A stretch of DNA of 64,000 nt, taken from Alphaproteobacteria bacterium (GTDB lineage Bacteria; Pseudomonadota; Alphaproteobacteria; UBA7887). Shown here one piece after another: positions 21,120-30,587 of this stretch. Position numbers and translations under genes: made by a program. Below the pieces are notes generated by a model. That model was not told where the DNA came from. It saw only the letters and a list, made by a program, of their open reading frames with translations, and searched no databases. The stretch is taken from contig CBDCGL010000011.1 in NCBI GenBank assembly GCA_965216755.1, forward strand, positions 1,298,609-1,362,608, read 5' to 3'. How positions within the stretch are numbered: the first letter of the stretch is position 1; each line of letters opens with the position of its first letter.

Positions 21120-21363
21120 CTATTATCTCCTTGCGAAGCTCTCTGGCGATTTCGAACCACTTCCTGCTAGCATGTTGCCCGCCTGCCGGGCTGTCAAACA
21201 CGACAGCGCGGGGTCATTGGTGGCTCGGTCAGATGCTCGGGTGCCCCTTCGCGGGGTACCTTCATCTCCTATATGCGTCCCCAATTGTTACGCGGTCCGG
21301 GGCTTTAAGATCCGGTGGAGTCTGTAGTGCAAGCAGCGAGTCACGCAGTCAAAAAGGGCTGTT

Positions 21364-22587
21364 TTGCCGATGGATAGTCAACAAATCGCGTTCGTCGGGA
21401 TTATGGCGGCGATCGCCGTCATCGCACTGCTGGCATTCTTTATTTTGTTGATTGCGAGAGCATCCGTTGCACGCCACAGCTCGGGAAATGGCGTTCGCCT
21501 CGTCTATCAGCCCCGCTGGTACGAGTTCGTCCTGGCGCTGTTGGTCCTAGCCGTGGTCGCGGGTGGCCTAATTTGGCAGGTGCCGCTTTGGGAACGCGCG
21601 CCGGCCCCGGAAGCGTCTGATAGCAGCGAGATCGCTGGCGCGAACGAAACCGAGGCCGCCGCGTCAGATATCGACGAAACAAATGGCACCGGAAGCGACG
21701 CGGCTGCGCCACCGGACCGCGCCGATGTCTCGCCGGACCTGGGCGATGGTCAGGCGGATGGCCGCGAAGGTGCATTCGTGACGGTCATGCTGATCGCCGC
21801 AGCTGTCGGATTCATTGCGTTTGTTGTGTTTCTGTTTGGCCATGGCCTCAATTCCGGACGCCCGTCGGGTGTCGCCGCATCTGGCACCGCGGACCATGCG
21901 ACGGTCACCGACGCGGTAGCGCGCGACACTGTCGAGGCGCCATCGACCGCACGCTTGCTCGGTTTGCTGGCGTTCGTTCTTTTGGTTCTTTTGGTCGGTT
22001 GGGCATATTTGGACCCGATCCAACGCAACGATCTCGTCGAAAATCTGATTTATCCGGCCGCCATGGCCGTGACCCTTGTTTTATTGTTCGATAAGGCCAG
22101 CCGGGAATGGGTCACCAAAGGCGCGGCGGAAACAGTTCGTGAGTGGCTATTTTGCGATGCTCTAGCTGTGTTTCTGCTGCTCGGCTACCTCAACTTGCGC
22201 CAATGGCAACCGGCAGAAGAACAAGCCTATGCGGCGATGTTTTGGGACATCGTCTATATCGCGACATTGTATTTTACGTTTTGGCTTGTTGATCGGAAGC
22301 ACACCACACTCCGTTTTCTGTTTGCCTATGGATTTATCGTTCTGGCGCCAGTGCTGCTTTTGATATGGCGACATGCGCACGATGTGTCGGGGATGGCCGC
22401 AACATCCTGGTGGGAAACAATTTGGCCTTGCTTCCTGCTCACGGTTTTGTTTTTCGTATTTGAGATCGTTCTGATCATTGCGTCTCGCGAAACCCCGCGA
22501 CATGGCGTCGGTGCAGTGAAGGACTTGGTATTTTTCATCATGTACGGCGTCTTGCTGTTGATCGCTATTCCGGAGGCGGCCGCATGA
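21364..22587 (+). CDS. hypothetical polytopic membrane protein
   Basis: 407 aa with many hydrophobic helices plus an acidic low-complexity loop. Stop overlaps the amidase start (ATGA), suggesting translational coupling. Confidence 0.5.
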   Translation: MPMDSQQIAFVGIMAAIAVIALLAFFILLIARASVARHSSGNGVRLVYQPRWYEFVLALLVLAVVAGGLIWQVPLWERAPAPEASDSSEIAGANETEAAASDIDETNGTGSDAAAPPDRADVSPDLGDGQADGREGAFVTVMLIAAAVGFIAFVVFLFGHGLNSGRPSGVAASGTADHATVTDAVARDTVEAPSTARLLGLLAFVLLVLLVGWAYLDPIQRNDLVENLIYPAAMAVTLVLLFDKASREWVTKGAAETVREWLFCDALAVFLLLGYLNLRQWQPAEEQAYAAMFWDIVYIATLYFTFWLVDRKHTTLRFLFAYGFIVLAPVLLLIWRHAHDVSGMAATSWWETIWPCFLLTVLFFVFEIVLIIASRETPRHGVGAVKDLVFFIMYGVLLLIAIPEAAA

Positions 22588-24011
22588 CGGCAAGTGACCT
22601 GACTGAGGTTGATATCAGTACGTTATCTTTGCTGATCAGCCGGCGCGATATTTCGCCCGTCGCCCTTGTCGAAGCTTACTTGTCAAAGATTGATCGCCGC
22701 AACCCGGCGCTGAACGCCTACATTTCAGTTTATCCTGAACAAGCGCATGAAGCCGCCACGATCGCTGAAAACGAAATCGCCGCCGGCGACTGGCGCGGCC
22801 CATTGCACGGCGTGCCGTTAGCAATAAAGGATCTCTACCAAGTCAGCGGAATGCGCCGGACCTGCGGCTCGCGCCTGATTGACGAACCACCGTCGGTAGA
22901 AGACTCAACCAGCGTCGCACGGCTACGAAACGCCGGCGCGATCATTCTCGGCATGGCAAACTTGCACGAGTTCGCGTTTGGACCAACCGGCGTCAATGAT
23001 CAATTCGGGTCGGCGCGCAATCCTTGGAATCCGGACCTATGTTGCGGCGGGTCGAGCTCTGGCTCCGCGTGCGCCGTCGCCGGCGGCCTAGCGGCCGGCG
23101 CGCTCGGCACGGACACCGGCGGTTCGATCCGTATTCCGGCCGCGCTGTGCGGTTGCGTTGGCCTGAAACAGTCTTACGGACTCGCAAGCCGGCATGGCAT
23201 TTATCCGGTCAGCGCGTTGTTTGACCATGGCGGTCCCATCACGCGAACGGTCGGCGACGCGGCGATTATGCTTGATGCCATTGCCGGGGCGGATCCTCGG
23301 GACCCGACCACAGCCGCGGCGCGCGTGGATGACTATGAACCCGAACTGGACCGTGGCGTTAGGGGGCTCCGAATTGGCGTGCCGCACGCGTTCTTTTTCG
23401 ATTCGCTACATAACGAGGTGGGCGACGCCGTCAACAGCGCGCTGACTCTGCTCAGCGATCTAGGCGCTGACGTCGTGGAAGTCGGGCTGCCGGTGGACTG
23501 CGACCAGGTTGAACGCGCATGGGACATCATTGCTTTGGCCGACGCCTACGCCGTGCACGAACAGCACGTTCGCGATGGCAGCGAGATGCTTTCGCGAGAT
23601 GTGCGGGCGCGCTTGTTGCGCGGGCGCGACATGCAGCCAGTCGATATCGCTGAGGCAAAGTCGGTGCGGTTGAAGGTGATAGCGGCCATGAAGGATTTCA
23701 TGCATTCGGTTGACGTCCTAGCCATGCCGACAAGCCCGATCCCGGCGGTCTCGCTTTCGGATCGGACGATTGAAATCGACGGAGAATCCATTCGCGCCGC
23801 CACCGTGCTGGGCCGCTTGACCCGTTTCGCGGCCTTTACCGGCCAACCGGCGATCTCGGTTCCCTGTGGCTTTACTGGCGACGGTCGGCCAATCGGTTTG
23901 CAGATGATCGGTGACTGGTTCGCCGAATCCTTTGTTCTAAGGACCGCGCGCGCCTATGAAAACGCAACTGATTGGCATATCCGCCGACCACCGCTGGATC
24001 CGGCCCCTTAG
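22584..24011 (+). CDS. amidase (amidase-signature family)
   Basis: 475 aa. AS-family signature GGSSSGSACAVAGG... and a GatA-like Ser-cisSer-Lys region. Confidence 0.85.
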   Translation: MTASDLTEVDISTLSLLISRRDISPVALVEAYLSKIDRRNPALNAYISVYPEQAHEAATIAENEIAAGDWRGPLHGVPLAIKDLYQVSGMRRTCGSRLIDEPPSVEDSTSVARLRNAGAIILGMANLHEFAFGPTGVNDQFGSARNPWNPDLCCGGSSSGSACAVAGGLAAGALGTDTGGSIRIPAALCGCVGLKQSYGLASRHGIYPVSALFDHGGPITRTVGDAAIMLDAIAGADPRDPTTAAARVDDYEPELDRGVRGLRIGVPHAFFFDSLHNEVGDAVNSALTLLSDLGADVVEVGLPVDCDQVERAWDIIALADAYAVHEQHVRDGSEMLSRDVRARLLRGRDMQPVDIAEAKSVRLKVIAAMKDFMHSVDVLAMPTSPIPAVSLSDRTIEIDGESIRAATVLGRLTRFAAFTGQPAISVPCGFTGDGRPIGLQMIGDWFAESFVLRTARAYENATDWHIRRPPLDPAP

Positions 24012-24135
24012 GCGACGTGTTGAAGATGGCTGGATTTAGGTCGGTGGACGCCATATGGTATGCGGCATGCGCGAATATCGCGCGCGTGCCTGGCGCTGAC
24101 CATGTGCATAGATTTGAACTTGGGACAAATGTGTT

Positions 24136-24615
24136 ATGAGCGGATGGCAGTGGTTTTGGACGCTTGTGGGTTTTCTTGCCTACATCGCCATAGCGATTTT
24201 TCTGTATTTCTACGTGCCGTTCGCAGAACTTTTCAAGCTCATTGTTTATGGCATAACTTTTGACAACATAATCTTTTGGACTGCGTTGATCACCGGAATC
24301 GTTGGGTTTTGTGCCTACCACTGGCGCGCCTATCGTGTGCATATCGTGCAACATGGCAATGTCGAGTCGATCGTTTTCGCATCACTTCGCGGCTCGACTT
24401 TCGTCGCGATCTTGTTGACCGCGGGCGCCGCATTGCAGGCCGTGCAAAGCCTTTGTATCAGCTTGTTGCGCCACGGCTATTCGGCGGACTCCGGCTTTGG
24501 CGGTCACTTGGCCGCAATTATCGCTTTGGTTCTGCTCACCGCTGTGTTCTGCATAATTTTTTGGCTGCTCAAGGTCGCGCGACCGGACAGCGCCCAGCGC
24601 CAACAAATCGGTTGA
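24136..24615 (+). CDS. small 4-TM membrane protein (paralogue of 38108..38635)
   Basis: 159 aa. FLYFYVPF...NIIFWTALITGIVGFCAYHWRAY. Clear sequence similarity to the ORF at 38108..38635. Confidence 0.55.
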   Translation: MSGWQWFWTLVGFLAYIAIAIFLYFYVPFAELFKLIVYGITFDNIIFWTALITGIVGFCAYHWRAYRVHIVQHGNVESIVFASLRGSTFVAILLTAGAALQAVQSLCISLLRHGYSADSGFGGHLAAIIALVLLTAVFCIIFWLLKVARPDSAQRQQIG

Positions 24616-24641
24616 CCGGACCCGGCTGGCTGCTTGGTCGC

Positions 24642-26126
24642 CTACTCAGCCGCCAACTTTCTCGAGGCGCCGTATCCACGCTCCGACGTTTGCCCCAGCA
24701 CCCCTTGGGACGCGGCAGCTCGGGCCATCGGCTCGTATATACCGCCATAGGGCCCGCGCTTGACAAACGCACCATCACCAGGCCGGCCGACATATTCGCC
24801 CCGGTCGATCACCACCTTGCCGCGGCTGATAACGGTTTCCGTTATCCCCCGCACCGGAAAGCCTTCGAAAGCATTATAGTCGATGTTCATATGGTGGGTT
24901 TTGGCGTTGTAGTAGCTGATCGTTTCTTCTTGGTCGGGGTCGAAAATCACAATATCTGCATCGCTCCCCACCGCGATGGTCCCCTTTCTGGGGAACAAGC
25001 CGAATATCTTGGCGGGGCCGGTTGAGGTCAGTTCAACGAATTTGTTAAGCGAGATCCGTCCCTGATTGACTCCATAGTGATAGATCAAACTCATCCGGTT
25101 TTCGATCCCCGGACCACCATTGGGAATCTTGCTGAAATCGTCTTTGCCAAGCTCCTTTTGCTCTTTCAAGCAAAACGGACAGTGATCGGTGGAGATAACG
25201 CTCAGATCACCGGTTCGCAGCCCGGACCACAGCTCATCCTGATTCCATTTTTCACGCAATGGCGGCGTCAGGACATATTTGGCGCCGTCAAATCCAGGTT
25301 CGTCATATGCATCCACGTCCAAGAGCAAATATTGCGGACAGGTCTCGGCGTGCGCCATAACGCCCCGGGCTTGCGCGTCCCTGAGTTCCTTAAGTGAGTC
25401 GTAGGCGCTGAGATGCACGATATAGATCGGCGCCCGGGCAACTTCGGCAATGGCAAGGGCGCGGTGGGTGCCTTCGGCTTCAAGCCGCGTAGGCCGGGTG
25501 TAGGCGTGGTATTTGGGTTCGATATGACCCTCAGATAGGGCGATTTTCACGAGTTCATCGATGACAATGCCGTTTTCGGCATGCATGCACACCAACGTGC
25601 CATCCTCTCCCGCCTTACGCATGGCCCGAAATATCGTCCCGTCGTCCGACAGCAGAACGCCAGGATATGCCATGAACAGCTTGTAACTGGTGACGCCTTC
25701 GTCAGCGAGACGTCGCATCTCCGGCACGCGCTCGTTGGGCATGTCGGTAATGATCATGTGAAAGGCATAGTCGATCGCGGTCGTCCCAGCGGCTTTGGCG
25801 TGCCATTTGTCGAGGGTTTCTATGGTCGAGTGGCCTTTCGGCTGCATTGCAAAATCGATTATGCAGGTCGTACCGCCATAGGCTGCGGCGCGGGTACCCG
25901 TTTCGAACGTGTCGGAGGTTTCCGTGCCCCCGAACGGCATTTCCAGGTGTGTATGGGGGTCAACGCCACCCGGAAAGACAAGCTTGCCCGAGGCATCGAT
26001 GATCCGATCTGCTTCAATCACGAGATCTTTGCCGATCAACGTGACCGTCGAATCGTTGATGAAGATGTCGGCGGTATAGTCATCGACCGCGGTTACCACG
26101 CGGCCGTTCTTTATCAACACGCTCAT
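24642..26126 (-). CDS. dihydropyrimidinase / D-hydantoinase
   Basis: 494 aa. Cyclic amidohydrolase metal-site motifs (GGVDPHTHLEMPF, carbamylated-Lys region, HxH...D). Confidence 0.9.
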   Translation of the reverse strand: MSVLIKNGRVVTAVDDYTADIFINDSTVTLIGKDLVIEADRIIDASGKLVFPGGVDPHTHLEMPFGGTETSDTFETGTRAAAYGGTTCIIDFAMQPKGHSTIETLDKWHAKAAGTTAIDYAFHMIITDMPNERVPEMRRLADEGVTSYKLFMAYPGVLLSDDGTIFRAMRKAGEDGTLVCMHAENGIVIDELVKIALSEGHIEPKYHAYTRPTRLEAEGTHRALAIAEVARAPIYIVHLSAYDSLKELRDAQARGVMAHAETCPQYLLLDVDAYDEPGFDGAKYVLTPPLREKWNQDELWSGLRTGDLSVISTDHCPFCLKEQKELGKDDFSKIPNGGPGIENRMSLIYHYGVNQGRISLNKFVELTSTGPAKIFGLFPRKGTIAVGSDADIVIFDPDQEETISYYNAKTHHMNIDYNAFEGFPVRGITETVISRGKVVIDRGEYVGRPGDGAFVKRGPYGGIYEPMARAAASQGVLGQTSERGYGASRKLAAE

Positions 26127-26302
26127 CGTGGCCTCCGCCTAGGGCTTTTGGGTTCAAATACAGCCGCCTGCATTGTAGTATCAGAATCTGAATGGGTGAA
26201 GAAAGCGAATGTGCTGAGGCACGCTAGTAAGATCGCATATGGCCACGTGGGTCTAGATCTACGTGTGCAAAGATCGAAAACCCGGGAGGATGGAGGAACG
26301 CG

Positions 26303-27592
26303 ATGCCGGCCAAGAGTTCAAGTCCGTCAGCAAAGAAAACCAACGCTGGAGTGACACGCCGCCGCTTTATGGGAACCACAGCCGGCGCTGTCGCTGCAGC
26401 TACGACAATCAGTGGGTTTCCCTATATCGCGCGCGCGCAAGATCCTCTGCGCACGGTTGGTTTGGGTGTAAGCGTCATCAACGAGATTCAAGGGCAAGCG
26501 TCGAGCGATCTTGGCATGGACGTGCGCGGGCAGGCCCTCGGCTATGGCGCGATGTTCGGTAAGATGCTGAACCAAAACGATCAATACGAGATCGCCGAAG
26601 GCTACTTCAATGACATGGATGTGTTTATTCCGGCGAAAGTTTGGCAGCCGATTGACACGACGCGGATAACCGAATGGGACAAAGTCAGCGATCTGAGCAA
26701 GACGGGGCGTCTCACTCCAGATTCGAATCCGGGACAAGGCGATGCACCGTTTCGCCACCTGTGGCTGGATGAGAATGGCGACCGGGTCGAAGGTCCATCG
26801 CGTTACATTTCCATGGTGCCCGGTTGGCACAACGCAGACTCGATCGGCTACAACCCAGACGATACGGGGCGCAAAATCGAAAGCTGGGCAGAACTGTTCA
26901 GTGAGGATTTTGCCGGTGCCGTCGCGCTGTTGAACGTGCCGCAAATTGGCGTCATGGACGCCGCCATGGGAATTGAAGCTTTGGGTCTGCGCACTTTTGG
27001 CGACAAGGGCAACATGAACCGCGAGGAAATCGACTTCCTGATTGATTTCTTGATCGAGAAGAAAAACGAGGGGCACTTCCGCGCGTTTTGGGAGACCTTC
27101 GGGCAATCGGTCAATCTGATGGTTAGCGGTGAAGTGGTGTTGGAAAGCATGTGGTCGCCCGCTGTCACCGCCGTCAAAGCAGAAGGCGTACGATGCGTGT
27201 ACGCCTCGCCAAAGGAAGGCATGCGCGGTTGGCACGGCGGCTTGGCCATTTCCGCCCAAGTCACCGGCGCGGCCTTGGATCGGGCGTACGAATATATCAA
27301 CTGGTGGCTGTCGGGATGGCCCGGCGCTTTCGTAGCCCGCCAAGGCTACTACATGTCGGTGCCCGACAATGTGAAAGCACATCTGGAACCAGAGGAATGG
27401 GATTTTTGGTATCTCGGCAAACCTGCCGCGAAAGAACTACCCGATCCTTTCGGCACGATCATTGTCGAAGAAGGTGAAATTCGCGACGGCGGGTCGTATG
27501 AAGAACGGTTCCGCAATATTGCGGTGTGGAACTCGCTGATGGAAGAGAACGACTATCTGGTCAAACGCTGGACAGAGTTCCTTAGCGCTTAG
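26303..27592 (+). CDS. ABC transporter substrate-binding protein (PotD/PotF-like family), Tat signal
   Basis: Twin-arginine motif RRRFMGTTAGAVAAATTISGFPYIARA. Extracellular solute-binding family fold. Followed by two permeases and an ATPase. Confidence 0.8.
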   Translation: MPAKSSSPSAKKTNAGVTRRRFMGTTAGAVAAATTISGFPYIARAQDPLRTVGLGVSVINEIQGQASSDLGMDVRGQALGYGAMFGKMLNQNDQYEIAEGYFNDMDVFIPAKVWQPIDTTRITEWDKVSDLSKTGRLTPDSNPGQGDAPFRHLWLDENGDRVEGPSRYISMVPGWHNADSIGYNPDDTGRKIESWAELFSEDFAGAVALLNVPQIGVMDAAMGIEALGLRTFGDKGNMNREEIDFLIDFLIEKKNEGHFRAFWETFGQSVNLMVSGEVVLESMWSPAVTAVKAEGVRCVYASPKEGMRGWHGGLAISAQVTGAALDRAYEYINWWLSGWPGAFVARQGYYMSVPDNVKAHLEPEEWDFWYLGKPAAKELPDPFGTIIVEEGEIRDGGSYEERFRNIAVWNSLMEENDYLVKRWTEFLSA

Positions 27593-27650
27593 CCTTGAAA
27601 CCAATGTTGAGACTGTACACGGGCGGGGCCAATGGCTCCGCCCGTCTTGC

Positions 27651-28634
27651 ATGATGGCGCAGGTCGAAAATATTCAGCATCCGGGTTTGATCGGTACCCA
27701 ACCGCAGGCGCCTGAGCAGGCGATCCGACGCAAACAGATTCGGCGAGAAACTGGCTTCCCAACCGGCTGGCTTATTGCGCCTGCAACGCTGTGGCTTATC
27801 ATTTTTTTGGTCATTCCCTTAGTCAGTATTATCGTCTTCAGTTTCTGGACCAGTACGGGCCACGGCATGGTACCGGAACTGACTCTTCAGCATTACTACG
27901 ATTTCTTCGTTGCCGAGGGGTTCTTCGATCCGGAAGCACGACAATTTCTTACACCATCCGTTTTCATTCGCACCCTGTGGGAGACCTTCCGGTTTACAGC
28001 CGAAGTGATGATCTTATGTCTGATTGTTGGCTATCCAATTGCATACTTTTTATCTATGCAGGTGCAGTCCTTTAAATGGCAAATGGCGTTGTTTTTGCTC
28101 GCCATGGTGCCGTTTTGGACAAGCTATCTGATCCGCGCGGTTGCATGGCTACCCATGCTGGGACGGCGCGGATTGCTCAACCAAGCTCTGGTCAATATCG
28201 GCATTCTCGATAAGCCGGCCACGTTCCTGCTCTATTCGGAATTCGGCTACACCATGGCGCTGGTGCAGCTCTATGTCGTGTTGTCCGTTGGACCGATTTT
28301 CTTTTCACTGGCGAAGATCGACAAGAGCATACTGGAAGCCGCGCGCGATATGGGCGCGACGCCATTTCAGATCTTTCGTGAAATTATCGGGCCGCTGTCG
28401 CTGCCGGGTGTCGCAATCGGCATGATATTCATTTTTGTCATGTTGATGGGTGAGTTTGCCACGGCTGTGGTCGTCTATGGCGGCAAGACATCGACCACTG
28501 GCACGGTGATCCTCAACTATTATGCCATTGCCAACTATCCGTTTGCCGCAGTCAATGCCCTGATGCTGATGCTGGCGATGATGATGGGCGTGGTCATTAT
28601 CCTGAAACTGGTCAATATTCGAAAAGAACTCTAA
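27651..28634 (+). CDS. ABC transporter permease (PotB-like)
   Basis: 327 aa, 6-TM. EAA-like motif region LEAARDMGATPFQIFREIIGP. Confidence 0.85.
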   Translation: MMAQVENIQHPGLIGTQPQAPEQAIRRKQIRRETGFPTGWLIAPATLWLIIFLVIPLVSIIVFSFWTSTGHGMVPELTLQHYYDFFVAEGFFDPEARQFLTPSVFIRTLWETFRFTAEVMILCLIVGYPIAYFLSMQVQSFKWQMALFLLAMVPFWTSYLIRAVAWLPMLGRRGLLNQALVNIGILDKPATFLLYSEFGYTMALVQLYVVLSVGPIFFSLAKIDKSILEAARDMGATPFQIFREIIGPLSLPGVAIGMIFIFVMLMGEFATAVVVYGGKTSTTGTVILNYYAIANYPFAAVNALMLMLAMMMGVVIILKLVNIRKEL

Positions 28635-28644
28635 GGCGCGGACC

Positions 28645-29472
28645 ATGGCGAGATGGACGGCGGAACGGCGGCGCAAATTGGCGGTGAAGACGGGCTTCAG
28701 CGCTTATTACGTAATTTTTCTGTTGTTCATCTATGGCCCGATGATCGCCATGTTCATCTTGTCATTCCAAGGTGAACGTGGTGGCACCAGCTTCCCGATG
28801 CGTGGTACCAGTTTCCATTGGTGGCGCAAATTGATCGAGCCATCTACTGTCGGTGATCTACAAGGCGCGATGGGACGATCCTTGATATTGGCGTTGATCG
28901 TCATGGTGATCACCGCCCTGTTTGCTACCATGTTGGCGATGGCGTTTCGTAAGCGTTTCATCGGTTCGGGCGCGTTGTTTTATACGGTCCTCGCCGGTCT
29001 GATGATGCCGGGAATCCTGCTGAGCCTGGGCATGGCAACCTTCCTGAAACAGATCGGCATTCAGCCAGCCTGGTGGTCTTCGGGTCTGGGCGTGCATGTC
29101 GTCTGGACCCTGCCCTTTGGATTCTTGGTGATGATGGCGGTGTTCAATCGCTTTGATGCGACCCTCGAAGAAGCCGCGCGCGACATGGGTGCCGACGAGT
29201 GGACCGTGTTTAAGGAGATTACGCTGCCCTTGGTAACGCCTGGTATCGTCGCGGCAGGCTTGTTTGGTTTTACGCTATCTTACGACGAGTTTGCCCGCAC
29301 AACGCTGTTGGCGGGTGAGTTCAACACCCTGCCACTCGATATCAATGCTTCGATGACACAACGAATCCGACCGACTCTTTTTGCCCTCGGCACAGCTTCG
29401 ACCTTGTTCTCGTTGGGAATGATCGGCCTATTCCTGATGGTCTATACGATACTCTACCGCCGATCTCACTAA
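28645..29472 (+). CDS. ABC transporter permease (PotC-like)
   Basis: 275 aa. EEAARDMGADEWTVFKEITLPL binding-protein-dependent transport motif. Confidence 0.85.
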   Translation: MARWTAERRRKLAVKTGFSAYYVIFLLFIYGPMIAMFILSFQGERGGTSFPMRGTSFHWWRKLIEPSTVGDLQGAMGRSLILALIVMVITALFATMLAMAFRKRFIGSGALFYTVLAGLMMPGILLSLGMATFLKQIGIQPAWWSSGLGVHVVWTLPFGFLVMMAVFNRFDATLEEAARDMGADEWTVFKEITLPLVTPGIVAAGLFGFTLSYDEFARTTLLAGEFNTLPLDINASMTQRIRPTLFALGTASTLFSLGMIGLFLMVYTILYRRSH

Positions 29473-29489
29473 GAGGCGGTGCGGACGAC

Positions 29490-30578
29490 TCATATCTGTT
29501 CCAGCAACGCCGCCGATTCCACCGACCAACAGATGGTCTCGACCTCGCCCAGGTCATAAACGCGGTCTGAGACGTTGCGGTGCTGTTCCACATGTACATA
29601 GTGGTTTGGCGCCACTTCGAATACGTCGGTTTCGAGCGACCCCTTGAATTCCGTTGTCACGAATCGACCGGTGACGCTGTTCGCCATATCGCGCTGGGTG
29701 CCGGTGTGCATCAAATCCGCGCGAACCGAAAAATGCGCCCGATCGCCGATCGGCACATGGCGCACATCGGGCGGAACAGTGACATAGTACAGATGTTCCC
29801 CTGACTCGACAAAGACGACGCTGCCGCTGCGGGATCGAATGATCCCTTCGAAGAGATTGTTATTGCCAATGAACTCGGCGACGAACTTGGTGCGTGGCCG
29901 TTCATAGATTTCTCGCGAGGTGCCGGTCTGTTGGATCCTGGCATCACTCATGACTATGACTTTGTCAGCCATTGACATGGCTTCTTCCTGGGAATGCGTG
30001 ACCATGATGAAAGTCATATTGAGCTCGCGTTGAATGCGCTTGAGCTCGTAAATCATGGTATGCCGAAGGTTATAGTCCAGCGCCCCTAGCGGTTCGTCGA
30101 GCAAAAGGACCGTGGGCCGGCTAATGAGCGCGCGCGCAAGTGCGACACGTTGTTGTTGACCACCGCTCAAGTCATGTGGGCGACGGGTCGCCAACGGATC
30201 CAAACCAACCATTTCCAACATGTCCCAAACTGGCTTGGCGCGCTCGTCCTTTGATTGCCCCTGCATTTTGAGACTGAACTCGACGTTCTGAAAAACCGTG
30301 CGGTGCGGAAATAAGGCAAAGCTTTGAAACATCATCGAGGTATCGCGGTGCGACGGCGGCAAATCCGTAACATCCTGACCTGATATGATAATTCGGCCGG
30401 CAGTGACTTCTTCTAGGCCACCGATCATGCGCAAGGTCGTCGTTTTTCCGCAGCCCGACGGTCCCAGCATGGCGACAAACTCGCCATGCGCGATCTCGGC
30501 ATTGAAATCAATGACCGCCCTAACGTGGCCATCAAACGTCTTGTCGACGCCCTCTAGAATGACATCGTAGTCGGCCAT
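29490..30578 (-). CDS. ABC transporter ATP-binding protein (PotA-like)
   Basis: Walker A GPSGCGKTT, signature LSGGQQQRVALARAL, Walker B LLLDEP. C-terminal TOBE-like domain. Confidence 0.9.
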   Translation of the reverse strand: MADYDVILEGVDKTFDGHVRAVIDFNAEIAHGEFVAMLGPSGCGKTTTLRMIGGLEEVTAGRIIISGQDVTDLPPSHRDTSMMFQSFALFPHRTVFQNVEFSLKMQGQSKDERAKPVWDMLEMVGLDPLATRRPHDLSGGQQQRVALARALISRPTVLLLDEPLGALDYNLRHTMIYELKRIQRELNMTFIMVTHSQEEAMSMADKVIVMSDARIQQTGTSREIYERPRTKFVAEFIGNNNLFEGIIRSRSGSVVFVESGEHLYYVTVPPDVRHVPIGDRAHFSVRADLMHTGTQRDMANSVTGRFVTTEFKGSLETDVFEVAPNHYVHVEQHRNVSDRVYDLGEVETICWSVESAALLEQI

Positions 30579-30587
30579 GCCTCGCGC

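Noticed and set aside
26327-27382. 351-aa minus-strand ORF overlapping the ABC substrate-binding protein gene
   Set aside because: Antisense to a confidently identified SBP gene with a Tat signal. It is a high-GC spurious ORF.
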